Shown one piece after another: positions 1-13,709 of a DNA stretch of 64,000 bases. The stretch covers positions 67,890,001 through 67,954,000 of the forward strand of contig OZ287754.1 of assembly GCA_965649765.1 (NCBI GenBank), given 5' to 3'. How positions within the stretch are numbered: the stretch's first letter is position 1; each line of letters starts with the position of its first letter. The DNA is from Bispira polyomma (Eukaryota). A program made the translations under genes and the position numbers. The notes beneath the pieces were generated by a model. It saw nothing but the letters and a program-made list of their open reading frames with translations, ran no database searches and was not told the DNA's origin.

Positions 1-1690
1 ACATGGTTATTGCACTTCAAGCACATAGAAGGTCAGTTACCTCATTGGTTGGAGGAGTTAAATCAATTCAGTATGACCGTGATCCATCGACCAGGGGTAA
101 ATATTGCAGCGGAGCACATAAACAGTGGTCCAGATTCTGTGAGGATGTTGATGATGTAGTGCCTTTAACAGTCAAGTCTATAACAGCAAAGGTATCGTTG
201 AAAGATCTGTTCCTTGTTCCTATCTGATTGTTCTCTGGGAACGATCAGTTGGTTCCGGGAAAGAGTTAGAACAGAAGGAGTTATTTTTATGCAGTCTTGA
301 AGGTAATCATTTTTATGTCTGTAGAAAGCAGTTGGTGTACCAGGACGGATTGTTGTTTTACAGGTGGAGAGAAGAATTTGGAGACAGACTGTTATTAATG
401 GTTCCAGAAAAACTGAAACAGGAAGTTATTTCTTACAATCATGATTTACCATTTACTGGACATATGGGGGTGACGAAAACCACAATTAGGGTTAAGCAAT
501 CATTTATGTCGTATGGGATCACCAAGGATATTGAAATATATGTGAAATCTTGTCCAGTATATAACAAGAACAAAAGTCTAACATAGAGGCCAAAGCAGCT
601 TTAGGATGGTACCATGCTGGATTTCCATTGGACAGGGTACATCTGGATATTTTAGGACCATTTACTGAGTGCAAATGGTAATCAGTATGTTTTAATGTTA
701 GTGGATCAGTTATCCAAGTGGCTTGAGTGTTATCCTTTGCCGAATCAAACAGCTGAGAGTGTTGCAAAATGTGTTGTTGATGGTATTATCTCAAGATTCG
801 GGTGTCCAGGGGAGGAATTTTGACAGGAAATTATTTACTTCTGTCTGTGAACTACTGCAAATATCTAAAACTAGAACTACTCTATATCATCCTTGCTCTA
901 ATGGTCAGGTAAAGAGATATAATTGGACGCTACTGCAATTGATTTGGTATTTTCTGCAGGATGGTCATCAGTCATGGGATCAGTATTTACAGCAATAAGC
1001 TGGGGCAATCCGGCCTACTGTGAATCGACAGACAGGGTTTACACCGAAACTAATGATGCTTGGTCGTGAAGTTCTGGCGCCCGTTGATTTAATGCTGGGA
1101 GAATTTGACAGGCTACAGGAGTCAACTCCAGCTGAATATGTGCATAAATTACAAACTATTCTGCAAAAAGTGCATATGTTGGCTAGGCAAAAGTTGAAAT
1201 TAACTCAGGAAAGACAGAAACGGGATTATGACTTGCGTTTGAAGGTGAACACTTACGAACCAGGTGATGTGGTTTATCAGTTGGACTCAGCTAAAAAGAT
1301 TGAACAAATTAGTAAGCTACAACAGATTTGGAAGGGACCATTCCTCGGTGTTATCTCCAATCTTATTCAGGGTGGTCAATCCTAAGAAAACCTTTGTAAT
1401 ACACCATGACAGGTTAAAACCTTGTCGGGATAGGGTCATACCTCTGTGGTTAAGCCGAAAAAGAAGCAAACTGCTAGAAAATGGAAATCCTGATACAGAA
1501 TCCGGTGAGGATATGAATAATCTAAATATTGATTGGCTGTACTCAAATGAAACTCACAGTGATACTGGGCACAATTCACAACTACTGGAGAATAGTGAAC
1601 CGTCTGTACCTCTTACCTGAGAAACAACTAATTCGGAAGTAACAACCTCGCCCGTGCTACCACCTCCTGCATCTGAAGATTTATCTTGAG
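1..1690 (+). mobile_element. Gypsy (Ty3) LTR retrotransposon pol remnant: integrase zinc-binding, core and GPY/F regions, with frameshifts and stops
   Basis: ORF fragments contain HDLPFTGHMGVTKT...YVKSCPVY (integrase H2C2), an RVHLDILGPF-type core start, TTLYHPCSNGQVKRYN, TGFTPKLMMLGRE, QERQKRDYD, KLQQIWKGPF and IHHDRLKP. Confidence 0.9.
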
Positions 1691-1862
1691 CTACTAGGAC
1701 AGGAAGGGAGACAAGTAGACCAAATTATCTGTCTTAGTTTACTACTTAAGATAGCTAAAGTTGGTTTGTTATCTTGCATGAACAGTCAAGGTTTGTTTAC
1801 GGAACTTACTAACTTTGGAGCCTGTCCCTATGAATAGTCAATAATGTTTTTTATTTCTTTAG

Positions 1863-4543
1863 ATGCAGAGACATTGTAGCTATCAACGTGAAAAATCCAG
1901 AGGTGGTAGTCATCCGGGGAGTCGTCCTCAGGATTCCTCACCTGAAAGCCAAGAGGTTTCTACTGACAGACAGGATGCAAGGAGTCGCCATTCGGATTCC
2001 TTGTATCAAAGTCAGATAAGGTATAGCCAGGGTGAGAGGAGTCCCCATTCTGTTTCCTACTCCAGACATGATTCAGATTCTTCATGCCGGAATCAGACAT
2101 GTTATAGCCAAAATGAGATGCATCGCTATTCTGATTCCTACTCCAGACGTGATTCGGGTTGTCATGCCGAAGTCACGCAGAATATAGTTAGGAAAAGAGG
2201 AGTCGATATCATGATTCCTATCCTCGTCATACATACAGAGAAGAGAGTCCTCATCGTGATTCTTCTCGCATTAACAAGGGTTTTGATCTTTCAAGCCAGA
2301 GGGAAACAACGAGGGAAGAGGACCAGAAAATAACTGATTTGCTTGTGCAGCTATGTTACTGGGTGAGGCCGGAGATTATTCAGGTGAGTGTACAACATCC
2401 CAGAAACTGCAGAAGGCCATTTGACAAGACATGGTGTGACAAGACATGGCTTCATCTTGCATCGAGGCAACATTATCTGTTTTAGTGCGCCCTAGCAGGT
2501 CAAGTGCAACCGAATCAGTGGCTAGTAAACCAAGTGCGACCATGCCAGTGGCTTCAGTGCGCCCTAGCAGGTCAAGTGCAGCCGCATCAGTTGTTCCAAA
2601 ACCAAGTGCGGCCACGTCAGTTACCTTAGATCATTCCAGCAAACAAAGTACAGTCACGTCAGTTGCCCAAGGTGTTTCTAAGTGAAGTGCACACCCTGCG
2701 GAGATATCCTCTGCAGAGGGTATGAGTCATAGTGTTTTGACACTCCGAGTATTGGACAGTCGACCTGTGGAGCGATCCACTACAGCTTTTACCCAGGAGG
2801 TGAGTGTACCATCAGGATCGGACAACCGTGGTAAGCGAAGGTCACCGGAACCTAGGTACTCTGGTGCACAGCAAAAAAAAGATCAGACAACAGCAACCTT
2901 CATCTGCAAATCAACCTTTTTCTGCAAAACCCTCAAAAAATGCCTGTTACATGGACAATTGTTATGTGAGAACAACACACCTTAAAAGGCATATGGTGGG
3001 GCAACATCTTCCAGCTTGTTGTGCCTTGCAGAGTGAAATGCCTTTGAATGATAGGATGAAACAGTTTAAGGAAGTCCTCATGAACATCCGTGGGATAGTT
3101 GGCTGTGGGAATTTAAATGAGTAGTTGGATCTGGTTCCTGAAAGGGACTGGTATCCAGCCAGTGAATTTTATACACTGACTGAGGGGGATAAAATATTGA
3201 TAAACAATTTTCATATGTGGTTTACTGGACATCCCTTAACTACGGCGTCACGGACCAATCCTCCCAATCATGTGTCATCATTGGTTCAGTGGAGAGCTTT
3301 GAGTCATCTAATTAACTGTGTCAGTGAAGAAAGAGTACAGTGGTCTCGACCAAATTTTTTTGGTGCAGGTAGACGCTGCGAATGTTTAGTCCGATGTGGA
3401 GGTGGTGCTTGTTGAGGATGAGGTTAGACTATCATCCACTCCTGCTATTAGACCACCCTCTGAGCCAGAATGAATGGATACAGGTGAACCAAGCAGGGGG
3501 GCGCTCTCAGGGGTAGAGGGAACATCACCTGTGAGGCAGCTGCCCAGAGCAGAAGAGACCTTGTATGCAGCCGTTGGCATTCAAGGGAAGAAGTCGAGGG
3601 GAAATCACCTGTATTTGTTGTGCCAACGGTGTCTTACGCAAGCAAGGTGACAGCCAAGGGAACTGCAGGAAGTGTGAAGGTGGTGGTTAAGGCCAAAGTA
3701 AGAAAGGCAAGACCAAGGAACATTTTGGTGCCTTATACCAAGGAGGAGAGGAGAGAGAGGGAGAAACATCAAAGGTTGAACATGATTAAAAAGAATGTAT
3801 GTGGCAGGGGGTTGATATGTGGAGAGGGGGCCCTGGTAGTATATCCTCAGAGGGATTCCCATTTCCACATGGACAGACTGCGTGAGAAGGCGAATCAAAA
3901 AATGTTTAGTAGAATACTGGAGGATGGCCCTATGCTTTCTGTTGCGGTGTGACTTAAGGTGGGCGTTTGTAATTTCTGTGATCAGGTTCCCTCCAAGGAT
4001 GATTTGGATTCTCTGAAAGAGGAAAAGGTTCTTTATTTTACTTTCGGATTGCACCCTAAGCAGGCTCATCAGGTTCTAGTCAAGGAAATGGACTGCATGA
4101 AAAGGTTGATCTCTAAAGAGGGCTGTTACCGTGAAATTGGTGAGATCGATATTGACCTGGGTGGCTACCACCGCGAGTATTTAAAGCAGCAGTGTGATGT
4201 GTTGGTTGACTTTCTACATTTTTACGTTGCAAAGCTGCTTTGGGCGAAGGTGTTGGTTATTCAGTGTCGCGATGCTAGCTACTGCACTGAAGCCAGTAAC
4301 CATTGCCTGAAGGTTATACAGGTCGAGCTGCCGCAGTTTAACATGCAGTCTTACCGGATCCACAGGCATTGCTACAATGGGGGGATGGAGGAAAAGGAGG
4401 AATGGTTAAGACGGTTTTAGAGGGTGATGTTTGAGTTCACGGCAATACTTCTCCGTGATACTAGACATAATGAGCTTGAGGAAGTAGTCCGAACATTACT
4501 ACTCTACCGGATTCTTCTAGAGATTGATTCTCCGCATCTTTAG
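1863..4543 (+). pseudogene. Degraded extra ORF after the integrase: R/S-rich low-complexity region, C2H2-like finger, C-terminal TatD domain
   Basis: Polypyrimidine tract plus AG (tttttatttctttag) ends at 1862. ORFs 2804, 3125, 3620 and 3959 share one frame. Contains CYMDNC...HLKRHMVGQH and PPNHVSSLVQWR. Confidence 0.7.
3851..4543 (+). pseudogene. tatD: TatD-family metal-dependent nuclease domain (in-frame stops, C-terminal helices missing)
   Basis: Collinear TatD motifs: RDSHFHMD, YFTFGLHPKQA, IGEIDID, LVIQCRDA, IHRHCYNG and, reading through the TAG at 4418-4420, MFEFTA...RILLEIDSPHL. Confidence 0.85.
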
Positions 4544-4557
4544 GTGCCTATGTTTCC

Positions 4558-4730
4558 TATAACTCACAAATAATTGTTGATGCAAATGCATACTATTATT
4601 GTTTTATTTAACATACAAATAATTGTCGATGCAAATGCATAATAGTATTGTTTTCTTTAACTTGCAAATAATTGTTGATGCAGATGCATAATCTTAATGT
4701 TTTCTTTAACTGTATAAATATTAGTTGATT
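4558..4730. repeat. ~49-bp tandem repeat, about 3.5 copies
   Basis: Repeated caaataattgttgatgcaaatgcata...gttttctttaac. Confidence 0.75.
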
Positions 4731-4920
4731 AAACATAAGTATTCTTTGGCTATAAAATTATCCCAGTATTTCAAAGTATTTACAGCAATGTGTGGTGGGC
4801 AGGAAACTAATGGGTAACCTCAAATTTATATTTACGTGCTTTATAATTTGTTGCCGCTTGCTAGTTATATTTATCCCCTTTTTGGTTCAAATTGTGATGT
4901 AACATTACAATACAGCACAT

Positions 4921-5140
4921 AATTTAACTGCATTATTAAATTTCATACTCTGTACTATACTATATTCTAAATTATAAATAAATCAAATCCTAAAATTAAT
5001 TCTCTTTAATTTAATTACATTATGAAATTCTATACTCTTCTAAATTAAAAATAAATCAAATCCTAAATTAATTCTCTTTAATTTAATTGCATTATTAAAT
5101 TCCATACGTTTACTAAATTATATATAAATCAAATCATTAA
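4921..5140. repeat. ~75-bp AT-rich tandem repeat, about 3 copies
   Basis: Repeated aatttaa(c/t)tgcattattaaatt...ataaatcaaatcctaaa. Confidence 0.7.
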
Positions 5141-6426
5141 TAAATTATGTTGGATGTAAGTACATTAAAATATCCTATACTTTGCCAAAATGCAAATTAA
5201 ATCATAACCAAATTTATATTTTGTTGGCTATGTCATATCCTCAGTAAATATGTTTGCACTGGCTTGCTGTGTTTTTCTGCCACTTGTATGTTCTTTGTTT
5301 ATATAATTTCATTTAATGTTATGTTTTTCCTGGGTTAATTTTCGTTTGCTGTGCTATTTCTCTTCTTCAATGTCAAGTATGGGTATTAATTTCTATATAT
5401 TGTTCCAATTATAAACTATAAAACTTGAACTGCTTAAAATCTCCTTTCTCTTAATATTAAGTCAATTAATGATTGGTGTTTGCTTTTATATACATATATG
5501 TGTGGCTTTTCTCTTTAATATTGCACCCCACATCTATTATGTCCGTTTTAATATAAACATTTCTTATTAATATATACTTGTTTAAAATGTCATTTGTTGT
5601 GTTTCCATTCTTGTGTTTTCCACTCTATTAAAATAACTTTTATCAACTCCTGACCTGGGCTTGCCAGTAAAATCAGAAGGTTTAAGATCCGAGGGTGACC
5701 TTGACCACGACCTTGAAGGCAAATGACCTTGACCTTGGTTCACAAACCCTTTTGAGTTGGTTGACAGCGTGTCTGTCCGTAAAACATGCCTTCTCCGATA
5801 AGACGGTGACTGCATTCCTCCAAGAATTAGTTGTAAGGTAAAATTATATAGGTGTCCTAACAAAGTAATCCTTGAACCTAGGCTGCAATATCTCACTTGC
5901 TCATGACTCCGTCTCTTCAGTGTGCTCAATTTACACTACTAGATTGAGAAAACTTAAGGCTAGATTATCCAGTTAGAATATTCCAGTAACAGCTTTTGGT
6001 CGGTAGCTGGGTTTCAACCACAGGAAATCGGGCAAGGTGAATTGGTTGGTCAGTGGGTAACCGGCCAGTGTTGTCTCAGACAGTGGGTGGTAGGGGACTC
6101 CAGAGTACCAATATGAGTTCTGGTTAGGTGGGATAGTTTCAACTCTTGGGTTATGGTCTTGTCGACCTTATCGACATGGTGCAGTAGATGGTAGGCACAT
6201 GGATTTACAGGTGATATCAATAAGGTCTCTTTTCCAGATAACTTTTGGAAAACTAGAGAAAGAACCAAAATGGAGGAGAAGCATAAAAGTTCCATACACT
6301 CCAATCAGGGAGAGAAAAAGCATACGTTGCAATACTTGAGGGATACAAAGAGTTCAAGCTGATAATTTAGTCTTGATGCAAACAAGTCCTATATTAGGAA
6401 AGAAATGGAGTTTGTGCAAGACATCA

Positions 6427-8040
6427 TTAAAACAGTGGGGCAGAGATTTCATTCAGTATTACAGTTAAATACCCCACTGAGACTGTCAGTTTGTGTATTA
6501 GCAGCACCAGACAAGTGTTTTTGTCTATTGTCCAGGCCCATATTTCTCTAGAGATTTTATTACATTCAACTGATTTACACCCACTAAATATGTTAACATA
6601 AGCCACTGCACAAGTATTATCTGACAACACATGGATGTGTACATTTATGTAAGCAGAACACAAAGCTCTGAGAGTAAACAAAATGGATTTTAATTCAAGA
6701 CTGTTTATATGCAAGAGTTTTTCCTTGGCAGACCAAATTCCATTTGCTTTTTCTCCCCATGGCTGTAATAAATCCCCCATCCTGTGTTTGAAGCATGACA
6801 AGTGGCAGTAACAGTAGTAGGTCATGATTAATACAGCATGAAGAGTATACACCTCTGTCCATCCACTATTGTAAGTCTTGCTGTGACTCTCGGGAAACAC
6901 ACAAACTTTAATGCAGAATTTCTGTCAAATTCAAAACTTCTATAATGGAGCTGGGAAAACCAGGCAAAGGCACTTATAAACAGCCCAATTATCTTACTCA
7001 CAAACTGGATGCTAGGTCTTGGAATATTAAGCAGTTTCCAACACATGGTAAATATATTATGTACTTTCTCAGGCGTTAGTTTGATAGTCATAAAAAGAGA
7101 GTTCAATAAAAAAAAACTAGGAAGCATATTTCCTGAACTGGTATGAGAAGCGATTTTTTTTTTTTTATGTATTATAAAACCTAATTTGTGAAATAATATA
7201 CATGTAGTATTACGGACACTAAAGCAAGTGCAGTGGCAATTACCAGTTGCTTTCAAGTTATAACAGGAAAAAATAAAATGTTTCACTTAGCAAATTTATT
7301 TAACAATTAAAATTAAGATCCATTTAGCGTTCACTAACACACAATGTCTATATCCAGAGAGCTGTCCACTCCAAAATGCAAACAATATCCAATATGCAGC
7401 AAATCCACTCTCTGGTAAATCCACAGCTTTATATCTAGTTCACTCCAATGAGTTCACCACAAAGGTATATAATAACCGGTTTATATCCACTTGACACCGT
7501 AATAAAGTGTTTCACAGTATAGCAGGCTGTACAGCACACCAACTCAACAAACTCTGCCCTGTGGCCAGGTGTTCAACCCCTTATACCCTGGAGTTATAGA
7601 AGTTTCTAGAAAGTAGGTAAACAACAGTGACTGGAAGGTTCTAGAAAGAATTGTAAACAAATCAATACATTTCAAAGAAAAGCACTACACAAAGCTAAAG
7701 TTCCAGAAGCTTAGGGGGTCCTCCCCAAATCTATGAATAGATCACTCTAGCAAAGTGCAAGAAATATCAGCTGTAGACCAGTTCTGCATTGACATATAAC
7801 AATGTCCTTATATGTAACAGTGGCAACTATGTTAGCCTGACACTGTTCATAAGTAAGGCCATTAAGCCAACTGTCATCGATATAAACCACCAATTTATGT
7901 CCTTGTAACCTTAAGTGAGCACAGGGAGGCTTTAGGATTTTGCTAAACATCCGGGACAACAGGCTAGCTAGGAAAACAGTGAATTTGTAAAAACATCCCC
8001 AAAATTCCAGATTGATGTTCATCAGAATTACAATCAAACT
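6427..8040 (-). mobile_element. DIRS-type (tyrosine-recombinase retrotransposon) RT/RNase H remnant, split by an insertion
   Basis: FSKILKP...LRLQGHKLVVYIDDSWL (RT), LFHKLGFIIH, and HINSLELKSI...VLSDNTCAVAYVN (DIRS RNase H). Confidence 0.8.
7203..7812 (-). mobile_element. ~0.6-kb insertion in the DIRS RT, possibly a solo LTR
   Basis: Separates QANIVATV from LFHKLGF, which are normally adjacent. On the minus strand it has a gggtataagg TATA-like motif, aataaa and a terminal ...ctaca. No clean TSD found. Confidence 0.35.
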
Positions 8041-11000
8041 TCAACTTACAAGTAGGCCTCGTGTAATTATAACTTTTATCACCTAGCAGTGAAGAGGTTG
8101 GAGATTTAGTAGTCAAGCATCCCCATCATATATCAACAATACATTCTAGACTGTGGAGAAGTGTTGATACCACGGTAAATGCATACAGATAAAAATAGTA
8201 AATTGATACAATACTCAACCCAGAAGTATCACACAGAGCTCTGCTAGTAATAACCCTTTCAATGCCTATGTATACTATGCTTTTGACCATTGAAACTAGT
8301 TGTAAGAGTAATGCAATACATCACAGTGTACAATAATCTGTCTTCACTGTTTCCTCTGAAATATAATATATGTGAGAAAGTGAAGCAGTTCTGCCAATGT
8401 ATAAAGACCATACATTGCACCCATTTATACGGCAGTTATCTCAAAGCATAGAGTTATCTCAAAAAGACTTCCAAAAGGAAAACATCGAGAGCTTGACACA
8501 CCACCTACAGCAAGCACTCAAGCCAAAGAACCAAAATCATCTGAAATGACCGCTCAACGTAAAAGTGGCAGGGAACGCCGCCAATTTAGTCCATATGAAC
8601 ATATACCTTAGGCAATATTTTCAAAATTACGCAAAAAGCACAAATGACCCAGACTTATGGTCACTAATTGTGTTGTTGTTGGGCAGTCTACCTTAACAAC
8701 CAGTTTCTGTACATGTTAACAATTATAATGCATGATGAGGTATAAAAGTGACAGTATCTCATAAACACTAAATGACCTATTTTTTAAAGTGACTAAATGT
8801 GGTGCTAATGATAGTTCTCTTATCACACTATAATCAATGGCTGTAATTAATAACACCCAGCATTTAAAAGACTTCTAAAAGGATTTAAAACAAGCTCAGC
8901 AAGGACTTGTTGCAATGTCAGTACAGACAAAGCACAAAAGCAAAGTGACGCACATGTTCAAACTTGAAACAACACTGACCCCACACTCTGTGAGCTCCCG
9001 GTCCAAAACACACCAGACCAGAATTCTACACCAGCACTAACTGGCAACATTAATGATCCCACACTCAGGGAGCCTCGGGTTCAAGTCCCATCTGAACAGA
9101 CTTCCAGACCAGTAAACACCTACGTCACTGACTGGATGAGTGATATAACTTCCCCAAACCAACTCTTGATTAAACACCAAAGGGAGGACACTTATTCAAC
9201 TACTTAACCAACGTTTCACTGCCTCAAAATGACAAACTGGCAAAAAGGGACTAGTAGCCGGAACACTTAGCATTGTGGCCCAGGACAACAACACCAGCAC
9301 TTCCCTGGCTGCCCATTTCTCTCCCTATACCCCAAAATTAGTCAGGCAATACAACAACAGTTTACATACCCAAAAGTATGTTTTGTTGCAACTAGTATAA
9401 TGTCTGTCATGTAGACCAAATATGTGCCCCTATAAAAATAGACCCTGAAGACTTCCCTCAATTTAAAATCGAGCTTGGAGTGGAACTTGCAACCCCCAAT
9501 CCAGAATCAACTTCAAAGACAGTAGTATAAACTGTATATAGATATATGTGATTTCTCCAGCAGTAATTTACCAAACAACTAATACAAAGAGTTATTAACT
9601 GTAGGAGACTGAAGAGAAATTTACACCTCACTATCAGCATTTGAGATGGTATTACAGGCTTCATAATTACGGCCACTGGAGCCATATCAATAGCAATGGC
9701 CACACCAAATGATACCAACCTAAATCAAACATAATATAATGAACATAGAAAAATTATAAGCAAGGACAAACTCTTGTAGTCACAGAATTATGGCAACAAC
9801 ATAAAGATATTAACGGGAAAAACGACCTCACCACACAATCAGTAAATGTTAGTTTGCTTTGGTACTAAACAGGCACAGGAGAAAAAAACACAGTTCTACT
9901 ATAACACACAGACTGGAGATATCACACAACTAACATCTGTTGGCAACTTCTCTAAAAAGGGGATGTTTATGTGTGTTATAAACTAAACACAAGCACAAAG
10001 ACATTTTGCAGCCAGATCTGAACCAACCATTTGGATCAATAAATGTCTCAGTCATCATGTTGAGCCCCAGTTAGTGTGACACTTTTCAATCACTCCTCTG
10101 TCATTCCCTTTCACACATACTACACTTCAGTTCAAGGTGTCATATAACTTTAGTGGTTAGTGTGTAAAAATATAGAGCTTTAGAATAATGTAACAGATTA
10201 CTTCAAAGAAAGCACAGAATAAATGGTGTATATCTTAATAACAGCACAAAACAGTAATAAACCCTTGTAAAAGGCTGCACATACTTTGTTGGTGTATATC
10301 GCTACTAGAGTGTTTTGTTTATTAAGTTAGTATTGTGTATGAATTGGTTGAAATTCAGTAATTTATGTATGCAGAAAATCACATATTGATAAAATGTTAT
10401 TGTGCAAATGTTAAGACAACAGAAAGGTATATATTATATTTCAAGTTTACTTTAAGTATATAACAAACCTGTATTTGATTTAGCATACTTGTATTGACAT
10501 TGTTAATCTGCTAACAATTTTGTGCAAGTACATTAAAAATAATAAACAAGGTTACATTGTAAATGTAAATATAAACAACAGAGAGCTTCATGTTCAGCCC
10601 TGTTATTGGTGTTGAAATTAATGTACAGGCTGAATGTGAATTTGAATTTGAATTTTTGTACCCTGAATTGACCCCAATAACTTGCATGGTGAACTTGTTT
10701 TTAGAAATGCTAAACATACACAAAAAATATATTACCTTGTCCCACAGGTCTTTTGAGGAAAGTAGTTAATCCTTTCATCCTATTTGCAACAATTATTAGT
10801 ATCACAAAAAAAATAGTGGGCAATTGTGAAATATTACACATGTAAATCCAAGCACACCTTGTCTCAGGTACTTGTTTTACAAGTATATACACACCAAACA
10901 GCTGGTACTCTACTTCCATCAGTCTGTGTAATCACAGCTTGCAGTATCCCCTGAGGCACTTTACCAAATGTTTGTGTTCTATCTTATATATAGAGAGAGA

Positions 11001-12238
11001 GATTCTATGTGTGTGTGTTTATCTAGCACAAGCCTGGTGTATTAATTTTGTAACCAGGTTAAACATTTTTAAATCTCTTTTACTTGGCTTAATACACAAG
11101 GTTAACAATCGGTGTATACCCACATGTATTTGAGGTTTGAGTGTTATTATTGTTAGCTACAGCCCACATACATCCAATGATGTAATTAAAGTCAATTGAT
11201 CATTGTGGAATTTGTTCAATGTTTATGTTTTACTACTGCATGTACTTACAAATACAAGCATCCTCTGTTTATGTGGGTGTGCTGGTGTGCTGCTTTAGTC
11301 TTTACTGGTACACGTTGATGTAGTTATACAGTCATTTCCTCTCTTCGTTACATTTCTGTTTTTGTGCTGATGCTGCCATGTTGTGTGTAAAAAGATCCTA
11401 TGTCATCAGGAGTTCCTAATGTAGAAAATAACCTTAATTATATTTAAAGATTTGCTTGTATAAAGTTATATGCAATAATATTATGTAATTTGTAAGATAA
11501 AACAATAATTATGTGAAAGCATGTGGAGTTAACAGCAGTATATATGCATGTAATTTTATGTAAATCAAATTTCATTTTGTCTATGAATAAAATTTGTTAT
11601 TTCAGTATCATGTAATAGCTTGTATTTGTTTTAGTATAATATCCAGATTAATAGTGTTTTGTGTATACAAATCTTTCAACTAAATATTTTCAAGTGTGAT
11701 TCAGGAATTGTATTTTAACAATGTCGCATTCCTTGTGTATTATCTTTTTTCAAAGATATATGTATACCTTTAATTGAAGGAAGTTTTATTTTTAATTTTT
11801 AGTTAAACCTTAGTTAATTTAGTTATTTTCAGTTTGAAATTAGCCACGGATAAGTGTGGCAGGAAAAAATTTCATTTGCTGTTTTGTTTGTGATACTTTA
11901 CATTTTATACAAACTGTTTTATTTTATGTCATATATAAGACAATTCACAAGAACGTTATTAGGATTTCAGTGTTTTATTGAAATGGATGGAACTTTTGTC
12001 ACACACAGTGTTTATAGTTCACAGCTACTCTCTGACAACCTCAGGCTTGGTTTAGCCCTCAGGCTGGTGATTAAGGGACGGTCTAACTTATGTGTTATTC
12101 TTGCTCATTAGTTAAATTGTAAGCCAAATTAAAAACCAAGAACTGGTGTGGCCAGAAAGTAGCGCTGTGGGCTTGTGTTTATCTCGTTTCAGTGACTTAA
12201 TAGCAAAAACAATTGCAACATAAACTAAGAACTAATAA

Positions 12239-13337
12239 TGCCACAATCAAAAGCATTGTGTAAAAAATGTGGCAACAGACACATGCCACCGACGGGGAAA
12301 AATGTAATAGAGACATACATGTTGAGACAGATAGTGAGGTAACAATGGAAGAAACCCGTGTAGTGAAGGACACTTCAGTTAGTAAACACAGGGGTGAATC
12401 TCGAGGCAGAAAGAAGTCGGCGGCGGAAGCGAGCGGCGATGACCAGGACAGTATTCAGAGGCAGATCTTGTTGCAGCTACAGAAGGTGAACGCGAGATTA
12501 GATGCAGTGGAAGACAGGGTTGAGGAGTCCAGCGCGAGTCGTCACAAGGGAAAGGAAACAAGTAGAAAGTTAAGTAGAACTGTGTAAAATAAAAAGTCAA
12601 TTAAAAGATATAGTTCTGATTGTGAGTCCTCAGATGAGGAACAAGTATTGCCAAGTTTGTCAACATTGAGAAGCTCTGCTTCATTCCAGCGTGGGGTAGA
12701 CAGTAGACTAAGGAAACTAGAGCAAGACAGTCAAAACATAGGTACTGATAATGCAAATAAAATAAAGTCAAAAAGAGGGGGTCCAGTTGAGGTAATAGTG
12801 AAGAATAAAGTAGCTTGGCATCACGAGGCAATACTAGGGGGGGTCACTAGAAACAAAGTGACCTACGACCAATTGTCTTTATCTCAGTGGATACAAGGTT
12901 TTTGTAAAAATATCATAGAAGAGTCAGACATTGAGAAAAAAGAAAAAATGGTAATGTACATGGCTGACCTAATGGAAGATGCCACTGATTTCACATGGCA
13001 AGGTGCAAAGGCAGCTCATGCTGTCTTGCTTTGTGAAATGGAACAGGGTACACTTTCTTGGCATGACACCAGTAGAATTGATAGAATTCGCAGAGCCCAT
13101 GCTCAAAAACACACAAGTAGTGGCATAGGTAATGCAAAAAAATTTGAAAATGGCAGTAAAAAACCTTGGTTTTGTAAATTTTTTCAAAACGGAACGTGTC
13201 AACATTGTAAAGATCACAAAATTTGGGGAAAGTGGCACAGAGATATCTGTTCTCACTGTGTGATCACAGGGCGTATTTTGTCCCACCCTGAAAAAGACTG
13301 TCTGTTCGCCAAGAAAAATCAAACAAAAAACGAATAA
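12239..13337 (+). pseudogene. Ngaro ORF1 (gag-like) with N- and C-terminal Cys/His fingers, frameshifted
   Basis: Starts MPQSKALCKKCGNRH... at 12239. Contains YDQLSLSQWIQGF, LMEDATDFTW and CKFFQNGTC...H...CSHC...HPEKDC. Confidence 0.75.
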
Positions 13338-13709
13338 CTGGCTGTCCACAGAGTGTTGAACTGCAGGGCAGCTGTAAATATAAAGAGATGAATCAGACAA
13401 AAGCTAAAGAGTTTAAAAAAACAGGTGATGTTTTTAGTGTAGTTAAAAACCCAGTAGATACAACTATAGGGCGTACAAGTCCAATAATGGAATTTGACAG
13501 CATGAGTGCCAGGGTAGGACATTCTGTCAATTTTAGACAGACTAAAGATCTAACTAGTCTGAAAGGTTTTAAAATGTGTAAGACAACACGGGTTTGGGGC
13601 ACCAAAAAATATAGTGATAAATGTTTTACAACACAAACATAAAAAAGAGTGTGGTGGAAAGTCTAATGGTTCGCCCATTAGAAAACGTATTGTGTACATA
13701 CAGGGCTAG

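Larger units (their letters stand above)
4546..6219 (+). mobile_element. LTR-like block (borders uncertain), related to 22672-24238
   Basis: Shares collinear motifs with 23550-24238: caaatgacc/ttgacc, ttggttgacag(c/t)gtgtc, aacatgccttctc, cttgctcatg, tggg..atgg(t/a)cttgtcg, atggattt. The sister block ends in CA followed by a PBS. Confidence 0.5.

Noticed and set aside
3851-4543. Bacterial contamination or a host TATDN gene
   Set aside because: It is intronless but fused to eukaryote-like low-complexity and zinc-finger sequence, decayed like the adjacent integrase, and has no bacterial neighbours.
9900-11820. Short ORFs and a possible host exon region
   Set aside because: AT-rich sequence with no recognisable motifs or consistent splice phases.
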